Notes under the pieces: model-generated
What the model was told of the DNA's origin: nothing
Databases searched by the model: none
Seen by the model: the letters and a program-made list of their open reading frames with translations, nothing else
Assembly (NCBI GenBank): GCA_973895155.1
Contig: OZ316892.1
Location: 7,237,251-7,301,250, forward strand
DNA from: Marsupella aquatica
Lineage: Eukaryota > Plantae > Marchantiophyta
Reading direction: 5' to 3'
DNA: 64,000 nt
Translations under genes and position numbers: made by a program
Part shown: positions 1 to 14,141 of the stretch, piece by piece
Layout of the letters: each line of letters opens with the position of its first letter
Numbering within the stretch: position 1 is the first letter of the stretch

Positions 1-1310
1 TTTTGGAACCAATGGAGACCAAGGTTGGAGAGACTAGTTCTAACATAGTCAGACACTTTTTAGGACTGTAGATATTCTGCAAATGCAGTCAACTAAATAG
101 TCAATCCGCTGGTGGTGCTCTTAGTCCTCTAATCCACAACTTTAATTGGAGGCCCAATTGGATGAGCAGTTAACTCTAATGGAGTCACTTTCTCGATACA
201 GGTTTGCCGTTTCCACCTGGAGCTCTTGGGTATATTTGTCTATGACTTTACCCACTCCCTTAGATTTCATCTTGTGTGGTAGAGTATGTATCTGACAGGA
301 CCATCTGAGTTGATGCTGCATCTGAGCGGTTAGTTTTATGTTGCAAACAAGGGCTTGCAACTAAGATATATGCATAAAGCTAGACAAAATATAAAGTAAC
401 TCTTGGTCAACAAAATACTGGAAAATCTTGCTTTTCAAACAATCTTTGAATGGACAATTTCACATCTAACCATGGAAACAAAGTCAGACCTATAAGCTCA
501 GACTATATAGATCACGATCATAAATCTTTCGATGGGATAGGAATTCTAAGCTCATATATGGGATCTATGGAAATATTATTTTCCCTATGATAGGATATTA
601 AGAGTAAGCCTGCTCTATTTTTGTACCCAGAGCATTACACTGTCCCATCTAGTGCAAAGGTTTGCCTTGAGATCCTGTCTGAGCCATGCTCAATAGGATC
701 ATGAGCTCACCTACACAACAAATATCACAAACTCACAATATTCAGCCCCTTTTCATTGCCAACCTGTAAATTAATGGGATCTCTAGTTTTAATCTTACAC
801 AAGCCAAGTATAGTATAGTGGTTTTTTAATGTTTGCATTTGCCCTCTTCTTTTCAATTACTTGGGTGTCCCCTCTGGACCTCTTTTCGATTTTACTCCTT
901 AGTACTTTGTTTGGCACTCTTTGAATGAATTGACTCTTTTCCCAACAACAAAATACAGGTCTACGAGCTGTTCAAGTTTCTTGAAAAGGAAAGTTTTCAA
1001 AAGGCAGATCACCTCAAAAAGGTATGTCCACAAGAAGAAGATCATCTCAAAAGCAAATTTTCACAAATTAAAGGAAGATCATCTAAAAAAGGAAAATTTC
1101 AGAAACCTTATTAATCACAAGAGAACATTCCACATTGACACTTCCAGAGTGGAGAGAGTTGCTTTCCCAAGCACATGACGTTAGTAATAAGGTAACCGCC
1201 AGAATTCTTGGCAAACAATTAATAAAAAGACAGATTAGAAAATATAGATGTACGTATCTTTGTTTTTTAATCTGACTTTTTATTAAGCCTCTATCAGGTT
1301 GCATAGTGTA

Positions 1311-1397
1311 GCCCTACAGACTTTTGTACATGAAATCATCACCCTAGACTTTTGTACATGAAATCATCACACAAGACTTTTGTACATGAAATCATCG
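1311..1397. repeat. Tandem repeat, 3 copies of a ~28-30 bp unit (AGACTTTTGTACATGAAATCATC core)
   Basis: The core is seen three times consecutively. Confidence 0.9.
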
Positions 1398-3825
1398 TAC
1401 AAGTACTATACAGGAAATGTATAAATGGTGGACTCATATGTATTGTAAGTTTTTTATGAAACTTATGAAAGAGGAAATATAATGAAACTCTTCGCTTGAT
1501 ATGGGACCAGTGAGCCCCCAAGGTACTTTTGTAGTTAAATTAGTTTTTTGGGGAACCTAAGAAGGTTGTGCATTTTTGAGGGTAACTTAGTAATTAAAAA
1601 CACTATATCAAAACGAGTGATTCTTAAAATAGTGTAGTTATATTCTTTCAATCTTGAATATAATGTTTTGTATATTTTACATATCTAGAAAAATAAACAA
1701 TTAGTTGTACACAAGCAACTGGACTTTCTCCAAATACCACATATTTTGCATCCCTGGAAAATATACCTATTTAAAAAGTTATGCACCAACAATCAAACAA
1801 TGTGTGATCGAGCCTTCTCAAAATATAATATGTTTTACATACATATCTTGGAAAAATATGCAATGACCAAGTTGAAACTAAGATGGACCTTGCCCTTGAA
1901 CCATGCAATTCAGATGCACCTTGCCCACAATACACTCACAAAGACAGGAAACAATGAGGAAGGAGTGAGTACCTCGTTGACTTGGACATCTAAACACCCA
2001 TCTTGCTTTTGGTTCTCATAACATTTTCAAATATGATTGGAATCAAGCAAACATTGGTTTGTTGGAAAGGTCATTCAATGCCCTTTCCATCAATATTAAG
2101 TGAATCTTTGAGTATTAAGAAGTTGGAAAGAAATAGAGCTTGTAAAGTTATCATCCACCTGAAGTTGTGCAACTGTGCATCAAAGATTCAGATGGACCTT
2201 AGTTACAGTCATTTTGAACTTCCCACTTACCAAAGTTATTCAGGGATAAGTCAATGACTATGATCTTGGTAAGAAAGGATGTAATTGGTACTAGCGTATT
2301 AAAGTTTGGTTTACAAGTTAGTTTCTAATGTTTAGTCCAAACTTGTTATCCATGCAAATTTCAACGTATAGATATTGTTCATCACACTTGCCAAATTGCA
2401 TCCAAGCGTCAGACAACTTTGAGGCCAGTTTAGGCCTAGCCTACATATATTGACTTACACACGATAAGAAAAAGCAAAGTATTATAATTATTTCCTTACA
2501 AGTTTCCCTTCTTTTAAACCTGTCAGATTTATGATAAATTTATGAGCAGGATAAAGGGTATGGAGGGGGGCCAAGTGTCCATCAACCGCAGCAATGGGCA
2601 CAGGACAGATAACATTAGAAGAAGTCGACAGCAAAAGACAAACACTACAGTGTGATATCGTTAACTGTATACTAACTAACTTTGGTATACAAATATAAGT
2701 GAACGTTACTTTTTAGATGAACCGGTCCTGAGAGTCATTTGGACCAGTTCTGGATGTGAGCTAAAATTCTGGATAAAATAAGTGTACAGAAATTCAAAAC
2801 CACAATTAAACAAAAAGTACCAACAACTCTAGAAAAACTCAGTGGATTGAAATATAATGCACAAGTTAAACAGAAAGTACCAAAACAAAGTACAATGAAA
2901 GGAAAACAAAAGAGGTAGGCCAAACACTAAGAAGGGGCAAATATAACCCCCAAAACAGAGAAAACCAATGTACAATGAAGGGAAAGCAAAAGAGGTAGGA
3001 CAAATATTAAAGAAGAGCCAAATGTAACAAATCAAGCGTTTCCAGTGTGTCCTATTATTTCATGTTTTAATTGAGTTTTACTTTTCTCATGAATAAAATG
3101 CTCAGTTCAATGCACGAACAGCACCCTAACTAACTAACTAACTAACTAACTAAAGAAGAGCCAAATGCAACCCTGGAAAGGACTAAATGAAGCATATGCT
3201 TGTTGGACCCCAAAATGATAAGTGTGACTTGATGGAACCTGAGTGACCCAGACCACCGATACACCTTGACAGACCTTAAATCAACATAACCCAAACCCCA
3301 AGGTCCATCAAATATTTCAAGCAAATACTTCATTAGATGTTTGTACAAATACGCACCCTGTTATAACCCCATTTACCGTCACCATTCCCGGTCTTATTAT
3401 TTCACTGTACCGCCCGGTCGAATCCCCTGCCCTGCCCGGTGCTAGTGCCGACCCGCGAGCGCCTCCTGAGGCACCCCGGGCCCGTGATGGCCGTGGCGGT
3501 CTTGGAGGAAACACCGTGGGTTGACGTTACATACCCGCGTGTAAATTAGGTTGTACTTACTTTTAGACGAGGGTACGTTTTTTCCGGCTTAGGGGAGGCG
3601 TGACGAGGAGCCAGCTTCGCCTTACACCTTACACCACACCTTACAGCCCCGTCGCTAGATGCGCGAGGCCCGAACTTTACTCCAGAATTACTCGAGAAAG
3701 AACGAAGTGACGAAGAAGACGAAGTGACGAAATGAAGGCGTGTGTGTTGTGTTGGTGTTGTGTTGTGTTGTGTGTGGCGTGGTGGTGGAGGCTGTCTGTC
3801 TGTCTGGCTGTGAGAGAGTCTGCCT

Positions 3826-3850
3826 GAGAGAGAGAGAGAGAGAGAGAGAG
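3826..3850 (+). repeat. (GA)n microsatellite upstream of the MYB gene
   Basis: Perfect GA run; GT/TGT-rich simple repeats just upstream at 3740-3810. Confidence 0.9.
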
Positions 3851-5999
3851 TACCACCGAAGAGCGATGTGCAATGCAATGAGGCTGGAGCAAGAGAAGGG
3901 TTTTTTAATTGGTTCTTTCAAGGCCGTAGAGTCTGAATTCATATCATAGTGGATGGATGCATGAGCGGGGTCCACTCACACCGTGAGGCGATGCTGTTTT
4001 TCGTTAGCTAGCAGCTCATGGAAGGGTGAGCGAGCGAGCTTGGAGTGTAGCCATGGGTAGGAAGCGAAAAGAGAGAGTGAGTAGAGCTTGTTGTCGTAGC
4101 TAGACCACCCGAGAGCGGACAGTACCTCCTTGCTTTTCCCCCTTCCCTTCCGTTCACCTCCCATCCCCACCCTGCCGTGCTCAACAACGGCGTCACCATC
4201 GATCAGTGCAGTACGTTGCCTCCGACCTCGTCTGACTCTCGCTCTCTCCATCTCTCTCTCTCGCTTGTTCGATGCTTCTCGGTGGCACTTTTGCCACTCG
4301 ATGTCGCCTTCCTGATCTTCTCATCCAGCCAGGCTCGTGGGTGGGTCGAGTTCGCTTCGATTCCGTTCCCAAATGCGGAATCCCAGGTTTCTGTGTGATG
4401 CCACACAGCGCCGTCAGACTCGCGTAATTGCCAGTTTGCTTGTTCTTTTTGTTGGTGGCTACATGTAATGCATTAATCTAGAGCCTTCGCGTAGTGAGTC
4501 GATATGAACTCGCCGGCTTTCTGAGAACGAGCAGGCTGTACTTGCTCAAAGGGTAGCGGTAGCCTGGGTAGAGAATTGACAATCGCTGGCCTCGGCGGTT
4601 GTGTGGTACTTTGTCTCTCTCTTCAGTTCACGAAGAAAAACTCACAGATTCCTCTCGCCCATCTGCTCAATTGGTTGTCGAGCACGCATCACGCTCGGGG
4701 GAAGACCTAGAGCATGATATCTCATCATGATATATATGATCGAGATACGAGCGCGCCAGATCGATCATCCCATGCGAAAAACCTCGAATTGTTCAGCGAA
4801 AGTGTCCATTAATCTGGACAGTGCAGCACAGCAGTGATCTCTAGCGACCTAGCTGGTAACCGCCGATTTAGGAGGACACTAGCGAACGAAACACCCATTT
4901 TCTCGTGAAAGTTCTATCAGTCTCGAAGATAGATGTATATAGCTTGTATATGTTCGCCAATAGCTTGCTGCGCTGTGCAATGAATATGATCACAACCTTC
5001 TATACGGCATATCTGAGCTGTCGGTGACGGTTGGGAGTGGAAGATGCATCCGATGAGCCAAACTGTATCCGGGAGAAGCTGATTGCGAAAAGCTCGCTTC
5101 TTTGGTGCTGGTCAGGAGTACTAGTCCCTCGTTTCTTAGATCTCATCATTGAAGAAGGCCTCGTGAAGAAGTTGGCAACTGGTGCTTCTCAGAGTGATAG
5201 TCATCAGCTTCTTTCCCAGGAGTTCGATGGCCAGAGGGAAGTCACAGTTCTCCGAAAAGATCGTTACTTATCCTCCCGAGGATGAGTGTTGTTCATAACC
5301 AGGGTCTACACTAGAAAAAGGCTCATCTAACGGTATATATCGTATGAATCTTTGGCCTAAAGATGACCTTTTATCATGATTCGTTGCGTGGGTAGAGGGC
5401 TCAAGTCCTCGTGGAACGAAAGTTTGGTTGACAGAAAACGATCTGCAAACTCCGATGAAACACAGATGAAACACAGTTCACGACTCTCTGTGATGCCATC
5501 GAATGCCGTACCCTCTCCATCCGGGCCGGTAAGTGCTGCACCTTGTCCATGACCTCTATTTTGTCAGCTGTATAGACAATGCGTGTGGCTCGATCCCGCG
5601 TTAGTGTACATCTCAATTTGAAGCTTATTTCTGGGGCGTTGCAGCATAGCTTCTTGTCGTACGTTACCTGTATCCGTGAAGAGCCTTACAAACGAGCTCG
5701 TTTGAATGTCTATGCTCGTGATCGTTTAGAAATCTGGCATTTGAGAAATGTTTTTGCTTTGGTTGGACGACTTGCTGCATCGTGTATTTTAGAGTTCATA
5801 TGGGAAGTTTGGTTGTTATTGGATGAGAGAGATATGTATTGGTATGGGGCGTGGCTGCAGTCCGTGAGCAAGCATTTGTGCATGTGGGTGGGGATGGGGG
5901 GTGCAGTTGTCACCGAGGGCCGAGGCAGCTCTCAGTCCAGAAGGACCGTTGTTGAGGGACCGCAATGCACAGCCTTTTTGGAGAAAACCCGGATCAGAT

Positions 6000-8900
6000 A
6001 TGACTGCAGCTGGTGGCAAGAACTCACACATCAACCTTGACCCATACCAGGGCTTGAGCTACGCCCTCGGCCATCTTTTGAATGATCATGATCATGCTCG
6101 GACAGCAGGAATGGAACCATCACCTAGCTCAATAACGACCAAGACACAGCAGGGCACTGCCGCGGCGGCCTCATCGTACTCAGACCAAAACCAAAGCGAC
6201 AGCAGCACTTTCGAAAGACAACAGTCTGTCTTGTGCAGCTACTCAGATGCCTCTGACTCATCCACTCAGATCCCTATGAACCTCGAGAGCTTGAACCAAA
6301 GAATGTCGTTAAATCACGGAACTTTCCAACACGGTGACCACAGAGATCTGCGCAGTGGGAGAAAGTCTGTGTTTGAGAGCTACAGAACTGTGAAGGGACC
6401 TAGAAGAGGGAGAAGAAGAGAGTCCTTCGACAAGTTCTCGCCGTCATTCAGGGACAAGGTGATGGCCCTGGCTGCCAACCTACCAAGCCGCGAAGCCATC
6501 ACCGGGCAGGAAGCTGCGATTGAAGGCAGGTTATCATGTGTTGACGTGTCTGGGATCGAAAGTCGTGCAAATCAACAGGTAGCCGTCCACCTGCAACCTC
6601 AGGACATTCAATGGGGCCATCAACAAAGGTATGAGCACGAGAGTCAGATGCAAGGGATCGTAGACCCGACTTCTCTCTTAGAGAATAATTGTTCGACACC
6701 ATCGCTATCCACCTGGCGTAACGAGAAGAGGACCAAGACCAATGCGGAACTGGACTACGGATCAATACTGGGATTACACAACAGTCCCTTAGACACATGG
6801 CCGCAAAATTGCCAAGCGGCTGCAAGCCAATTCCAGCAGATGAGACCGAGCCCCGTCTGGAAGCCGCTTCCCCAAAAAGGATCGGCATCTGACCGTCAAG
6901 CGAACTATGGGGATGATTCTGCACCCGAGTCTACGAGATGCACAAACTCCGTGAGCGAGAACACATTTCATGCGACTCAATTTGCGCATGCCGCAGTGTC
7001 TCGAACGAACTCTTTCGAAGGGCTCAGCACTGTCCATTCCTTTCAAGGGAAAGCCGGCAGTATCTTAAATGATCAATCTGATCCTACACTTGGAAAAGGT
7101 GATGATCGGCACCTTCATGGCTCGGTGGGTGGGGACAACGTGGTGGTGGGCGAGGCTCCTAACTTTCAAGGAGGAGAGACTGAGGATCTTAAGCGGCTCT
7201 GGAAGCATCTCTCTACGCAACTAAGGAACCAGAACGTAGTCGAGCAGATTGTAGCGTTCGATAATAATGCAAGTGATCAACATAGGCAGGGACCAAGTTA
7301 TGGGACATCATCCCAGCAGCAGCAGGAGAATCAGATGCTCAAGCTTAGCCATGCACAGGTCGACGGGGAGCAGCCTCTCATAAATGAGCAGACTCCTGGC
7401 TGTCCCGGTTCACAATCTGGGAATCAGGAGAGTGAAGGGTTGAATCATCACGCGCCTGCTAGGTTCTCTAGCGTGGATATTCAGGAGTCAAATTGGCGGG
7501 CGGCATCAGATGGGGTGTGCGTGGGAGACTACCTGCTTATGACCAGCGCCATGTACAAGGCACGGCTCCTGGACATGCAGCTGGAGGAGAACCAACGCCA
7601 TATGCAACAACAACAGCAACAACAAAGGCAATCGAGCGGCGAGCTGTGTAGAGAGGGGTTTTTATTAGAGAATCATGATCATGTTAGGGGGCTAGACTGC
7701 GGACAGTCATCGTCGTCGTCGTCGTTTGGCCCGGGGAAGAGAGAAGGCCAAGGGCAGGATGATAATGGGGGCCTGTTGACACCTGGTTCTACTAGGCAAA
7801 CCTATTTTCCTGACGAGTGCTCAATCGAAATGCAGAGAACGCTCGCCAGGGAACATGAACAGCAGCTGAGTGCTAGAGAGGCGTATGAAAGGGCACAAAA
7901 TGAACAGCATGATGACATGCCTGGGAAACGCATGTTCAAGCGCTCTTCTAAAGGAGGGCCCAGAAGGCCAAATATTATCAAGGGACAATGGAGCATCGAA
8001 GAAGATAGGTCAGTGACTGAGTCCGCTCGCTACACAGGCGTTCGTTAATAACCTGTGTATATTAAACTGTTGCACTTCTCTCCGCTTCTTCAATTCCTCG
8101 TCGTGTTTCTAAAAAACGTTCGACAGATCCTGGCTCTAAGGAGTTAAACGACTAGTCTCCTCGCACTTCGCGTGTGCCTCCTCGTAGACGCCTTAAATAT
8201 TCAATCTTAAGCTCACGAACTCCATAATATTACATCTTCCTCACGAACTCCTATACTTCTTACAATTTACGCCACGCACGGATGGCGAATTCTATCAATA
8301 TGGGTAAAGATACTGCACTGGTCCTCGTCACAGTTTGTAGTTTGTACTATAGGAAAGCGACTTTGATCCTTATGTGAATCCCACTGTTGATACGATCTCC
8401 ACGGTTGACCTATCGCTATCGCTGTGCCGCCAATCTCCCATGATACTCGATACTAACGTAATGGCTGCCCGGTGAACTGTTTCCGTAACATCTATAAGCG
8501 TGCGGCATTGTGAAGTGTTTGTAGCCAACCCTTAGCCAACAACAGTCTTTGAATTTACGAATTGTTCAAACGTGGGTTGCTCCAAATAATCATATTCAAA
8601 TTCTCGTCGCAAGAGCAATTGCCTTGTATATGATTGTGCGCAGCGCATGCCTACTCACGTGCGGCGTTTGGAGTTATCGACCAATGGGTCCAGACTTTCG
8701 CTAATTAGTTTGCAGCCTGCAGTAAATACTGTTGGTTCTGAAGTGAAATGATTGGAGCACTTGGCTTACTGATTTGACCGTGTCTTTCCAGTTTGGAAGT
8801 AGCTGTCGTCTTTTTAGCCTTTTCAGATTTTGTCCGATGTCGGGTTGCGAGCTTGAACACTGTCAGTTTGAGTTTCGATGCTTTTTGTCGGTCCTGATAA

Positions 8901-11900
8901 AGCGACAGCGTTACTTTGGGTCCAGAAGTCTAGAACTATCATCTTGACTTCTCGGCTGATGAATGTCAAATCCCTTCCCATGGCGTTTCCTGGCAGATAC
9001 TTGATGGAATTGGTTGAAAGACACGGACAGCAACGCTGGTCACTGATCGCAACATACTTGACGGGAAGAATTGGGAAACAGTGTCGAGAGCGTTGGCATA
9101 ACCATCTTCGACCTGACATAAAGGTGCTCATCCATTGTCTTATTTCGTCGATCATAGTTTTCTTATCATCTGATGAATAAACATCGAGTTAATTGTTCAG
9201 ATATATTTCTGCATTGCTGCCGGCTCAACTTGAGCTCATCTCCCAGGATTTGCTGGTTACTATAACGTCTTTTCACGAACCAGCTCCCACTCCAAACTTT
9301 TCGAGAGTAGATGATTTAGCCACAACAGATTTTTGTTGTTCTATTATGCTACTGGGTGCCGTCGATGTTTGGTCCGACAGTTAACCAGAGTAGATGAGTT
9401 GAATGTCAAATTAGTTAACGGGGGAGACTCTCACTCGTTCGTAATATATATCATAAGAGTTGTCCAGATGCTCGAAGCCTTTAACGTACAGTTATCGATT
9501 TCTTTGTTCAGATAATGGCGCGCTGGTGACAAATTCTTCTTATTAGTTATCGAATGGCTGCCGTGGTTTAGTAGAGAGGCCTCAGGGCAGGAATTGACAC
9601 ATTCCAAATAGGAGATATATTTATATTGCGTGTGATAGCATGTGTTTGGTACCTAGTTGATTGCAAACTTGTAGGGAATTGTGCTTGTCTTACTTAGAGA
9701 TGGACACCGAGAGCCTGGATTCAAATTAATGTGCGTCCATCCTTTTTCGTATGTTTGCAGAGAGACGGATGGAACACTGAAGAGGAGGAGGCTTTAGTTC
9801 TTGCTCATAACAAGCTTGGCAATCGGTGGGCGGACATCGCCAAATTGATTCCAGGACGCACCGAGAACGCCATAAAGAACCACTGGAATGCAACAATGCG
9901 CAGAAAGGATCTTCGTAGAAAGCATCGGAAAGCAGTGGACGGATCATCCGATGGCCTGGAGGTGGTTCCTCGCTGTACTGTTCTTCGTGACTACCAACAA
10001 AAGGTCATTCAGTTCTCTGAGCAGAAGTGCTCCTCATCCGCACCTCAGGAGAGCGAACGCCTGGCGGCTCCAGAAGATGCACAGACTACAACACCTGACT
10101 TAGATTCCCCACAAGTGACATGCGATTCCACTGCAGGTTGGAACTACGATTGGCACAGCAGTACTTCTAACCAACCGATAGAAGACAATTCTTATCAACT
10201 TGAACCACCGTGCAATGAAGAAATGAGCCCTGCAGATGTTGACCAGCTGTTGCGCGTAATGAGTGCACAAGACCAGGATCATGGCCACAATGCTGGGCAG
10301 AACCGAGAGAATGGCTTAATTTTCCAAGCTGTACCAATAGCAAACTCATGTACTCAACTAGATCCATTTAGTCCCAGTAGCCGTCCATTCACAGTGCATC
10401 AGCCTCGCGTATCGGTGTGGGGTGAAGCCAGCAATTCAACCATTGGAAGTCGTAGCTATTTGGGTAACGCTCAAGTGACAGTCTGGGGTGGAGATTGGGG
10501 AACCAGCCTCCAATACGATAACGGTGAGCCCGAGCAGAATCGAGGCAGTGTCGAAATTTGGGGCGTGAATAATTTCCCATCTAGTACAACTGAAGGTGAG
10601 ACTACTTTCGATGTACCACCTGGATCTGCTGCTGCTCAAACGATGCTGTCTAGACTAGAAGGCCACGACGCTGTTCGAAGCTGTCCTCCTTCCTTGAACC
10701 CTTGTGGCTGCTGCGACGAAGCTGCATTTCGTCTGAATATGCCCCACCATCACCACTTGGAGCATTGCATGAACATCCCAAACTGCGCTGAGATTGGCTC
10801 TGGGAACGGAATTACAAATGGTCATCTACCTTTCCCTCTAGAACCTGAGCCATGTTCCGAAGGTAAGATGATTCTTCTAGATTCAGCATCCCAAACAGGA
10901 GCCATACGAGCAGACTACCCAATCCAAGGGACCATGTTACAATCCACTCCACTAGAGAGGGTAATATCAGATTCTTGCTTCCAACAACGATCAACTTTGC
11001 AGCAATTGCAGCACGCTGAGTGTCCAGAGGGCTTTGTTGCTGGGCAGACATCTGGTGAAAGATGCATTTCGGACCTTCTCTCGCATGAGAAAGTGCTGGA
11101 CCGGATTGCGGGTTACAATCGGGTCATGAGTCCGGGAGGTAACAACAGGATGCTCTTGTCTCCCAGAAGCAGTAATCTGGACGGAATGGAGTTCGACTGC
11201 GTCAGCCTTCGTAGCTTCCAGCACCCACAGCCAGATAGATTCAGCGGGAGGTTAAGCTTGAGCACTTATCAACAGCACGCACAAGACTCTGATTACTCTA
11301 AACTGGAGAAGCGTTCGCGAGTAGAGGGAACACACGGAGCCAACGACCAAGGTGCGATGATGGACCTGTGTAATCTACTTCAAGACAACTCAGCAAGACT
11401 ACATCCAGACCCTCAATTCGGTCTGATGCCTCAGGAGGAAAATTGGATGAGATCCAGCTATGGTGCACAGGAATCACATTGCAAGGATCCCGAGCTGTAC
11501 CAGGGGCCAGCTGAGGATGTGATCGAGTTCACTGCGATTCCTTTAGATCTGCAGCACTACGAAAGAAAGGTCAAGAATGGCTTCGCTCGAGAGGTAAGGT
11601 CGTATGCTTGTACAGTGGAGCACACGAGATCAGATGGGCAACAGATCTCAGGCATAAACTACGAGCAGCACCCATCCGCTCTAGCTGAGTCAAAACTCAA
11701 GGACGTATGCAGACAACTCAGGGCCCAGTGGCAACTTGGCTCCATAGCTTTAGCGCATAGGTAAGACGCACAACTTACTGCTCGAGGATTCTCATTGAAC
11801 TACTTTCACGTTGCATGCAACAAATGCACCATTACGTACTTGAGCATCCATCCGACATTGCTTGTCAGTTCTTGATGTGCACTAATATAGTAGGTCCGAA

Positions 11901-12250
11901 GCTACCTAGAGGGATTCAAAGTTTGAAACAAGCACAGGTATTGGGTCCATCGACACGTTGTCCTCCAACCTTATTTCAGTTGAGTGTACAAATGGAGCAA
12001 TTTCTTGCGAGAGAGCTTGTGAGTCCAGTGAGTGTTGGGAGTAAGCATCGGGTGAGGGCTAGGATTCAGGAAGGTTATTAATTATCTCAATGTTCTGTGT
12101 CAATGCAGGGTGGGCTATGTCGTGGCGGGCGAAGCAAGCATTGCAATTGCAATCTCCAGCACTAGCTTCATCGAGTCCATGAACGCAGTGCAATTTGCTG
12201 TGGGTAGACTTAGAAGTGAGGCCATTTTGGCCAGCCATGATATTGTCTAA
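6000..12250 (+). CDS. FGMYB: R2R3-MYB transcription factor of the FGMYB (MYB64/MYB98/MYB119) clade with a C-terminal MoaE-like domain; exons 6000-8008, 8997-9123, 9761-11760, 12109-12250 (~1425 aa)
   Basis: Spliced MYB domain reads [12 protein letters not shown]|[42 protein letters not shown]|[48 protein letters not shown], the signature of this clade. GT donors at 8009, 9124, 11761 and CAG acceptors ending at 8996, 9760, 12108 keep the frame (4278 nt total, TAA at 12248-12250). The start is the first in-frame ATG (6000); an upstream exon cannot be excluded (CAG at 5904-5906). The gene symbol is a clade inference. Confidence 0.88.
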
Positions 12251-12829
12251 CATTGAGGCGGAAGCCCACGTCCACTCTGCCATACATGCCAAGCTTGATC
12301 AAAATAGTTAGCTGATTTCAGTTATCAAGTCCGGTCTTACCATCATTCTTCTCTGACACTTCTAAGGGAGTGCGACTTAGTGCGAAACATTCTAGTGCTA
12401 CGGGTATCTTAACCGGATGTTTAAAAGATTTTTGGTTGTCGGTACACTCGATCTCTCAATGACAAGCTCTATGGACATCCATCTCAGCAATAAGCAATCA
12501 TAATGACGAAGCAAGCTATTGCATATTTTACCTCTAATCTTATATGTAAATTGATGAGCCAGAATCGATCTGAATTTTCCAAGTACTGGTCATAAACGAA
12601 GTCTAATGAATGATCTCGTGTGTTTGTTCAGTCTTGCTTGTTGGCTGGGAATGAATTGATGACTGATATCGAAACCTCTTTCACCAACGTACACATACCA
12701 TGCTGTATAATATCTGTGGTGTGTAGGATGAGAGATGTAATTACCCGCAACTTAGAGATTAGCTCGTACCTGTTCTGTAGATATCATTCCGTTTGTTGTA
12801 TTGCACCTGAACAAGTCTGTAGCTGTCAG

Positions 12830-13006
12830 GAGATTCATATACAGTATATGAAAAGGAATTCAACTTTCACCCAATTGCCATTTGGCACGCAGCTCTGACG
12901 AAGACAGTTTTAAGATCGAGATTCATATACAGTATATGAAAAGGAATTCAACTTTCACCCAATTGCCATTTGGCAACGCAGCTCTGACGAAGACAGTTTT
13001 AAGATC
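12830..13006. repeat. Near-perfect tandem duplication, 88/89 bp x2
   Basis: GAGATTCATATACAG...TTTTAAGATC at 12830-12917 and 12918-13006; the copies differ by a 1-nt indel. Confidence 0.95.
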
Positions 13007-14045
13007 AGAGTTCCAAGCATTAGCTTCTTTCTTTCTTCTTCCTTCTGGATAGAAACCTGCTCTTCAGTTTTGTGGCTTGGGTTCTACATCTTCTGGGACC
13101 TCGAACTCAATATACCCCATACATGCAGGTGTTTTTCTCCATATTTCTACGTCTCAGGTTTCGTTCGTGACCTGGCCTTTTCCATCAGCTCCCACGTGTT
13201 GATAAACCTGACGAGCTGGAGCCCTACTTTCATACCGTTAACGGCCATGGTACTTGACATCGATTTCTGGACATGGTGAGTGCTCCTTCTTCTTCCACCT
13301 TACCGTGCGAGGACCACGGAGCCCAAACTGGTAGCTGCTGTTGCTCCGTACAGATTCAGATTCGGAAGGGGAGATATTCTGCAGCTCATCCTCTTTCCGC
13401 CTATCCCTATTGGGTCCCTCCCTCACGCTGGCTACCGACGATCACCCGAAATGGAGGGCGAAGGAGTGAATACCACCCCAGCCAGCATGTATCACGCTTA
13501 CGTATGCAGCCGGTCGGTCCGAAATACAGCTCCACCTCGTATGATTGTGGTACCACCACAGGAACAGTCCTAACAAACTCTGGCTTTTCCTCACTCGCTC
13601 AAGGTTGGACCGGACGGCTGTCTCACTTACGTACAATCCACTGTTTGTTGGCCGGTAAACCGCACATTGTCCCCGCTCTTGCGTCTAAACCTCGTTTCGA
13701 CCTGGTTTCCTCGTGGCCACCCAAGCACTCTCCAAATGGCCTGTACGGTAGTTAAATTTCCAAGACTTTTGACCATGTGACCACTTTTCATAGCAATACT
13801 GAACTCTCGAGAGTCCCCAATATGATCTCTTTTTCATTAGTTTCCAATACTTTTGACCAGGCATATGACCACATGAAGTTCCCAGAACAGTTTACCACAT
13901 AATCCCTCTAGAGACCTCCTTTTCTTAGATGGGTGTACGTAATCAGAATTCCAAGACATGTAACCATGTTGCCATAATCTTCAGTTCAATGTGGTATTAG
14001 AATGTCAAAGAACTCCTTTTAGTGGAGGTAGACCAAGTTCAGGCC

Positions 14046-14141
14046 TTTGCATAGTCGATCACTCTCATGTACTGTGATTTGTATAGTCGAACACTCTCAT
14101 GTACTGTGATTTGCATAGTCGATCACTCTCATATACTGTGA
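14046..14141. repeat. Tandem repeat, 32 bp x3
   Basis: TTTGCATAGTCGATCACTCTCATGTACTGTGA unit seen three times with few substitutions. Confidence 0.92.

Noticed and set aside
1-2500. AT-rich region with short ORFs, possibly old TE debris
   Set aside because: No supportable motif or terminal structure.
2770-3200. A-rich imperfect repeats resembling a LINE 3' UTR
   Set aside because: Similarity to 38850-39030 is only compositional.
5350-5420. tRNA-like A/B-box remnant (GGGCTCAAGTCC)
   Set aside because: I could not build a cloverleaf and the B-box is mismatched.
5579-11224. Overlapping and antisense short ORFs within the MYB gene (e.g. 5579-6040, 6499-6924)
   Set aside because: Shadow frames of the real exons with no recognisable motifs.
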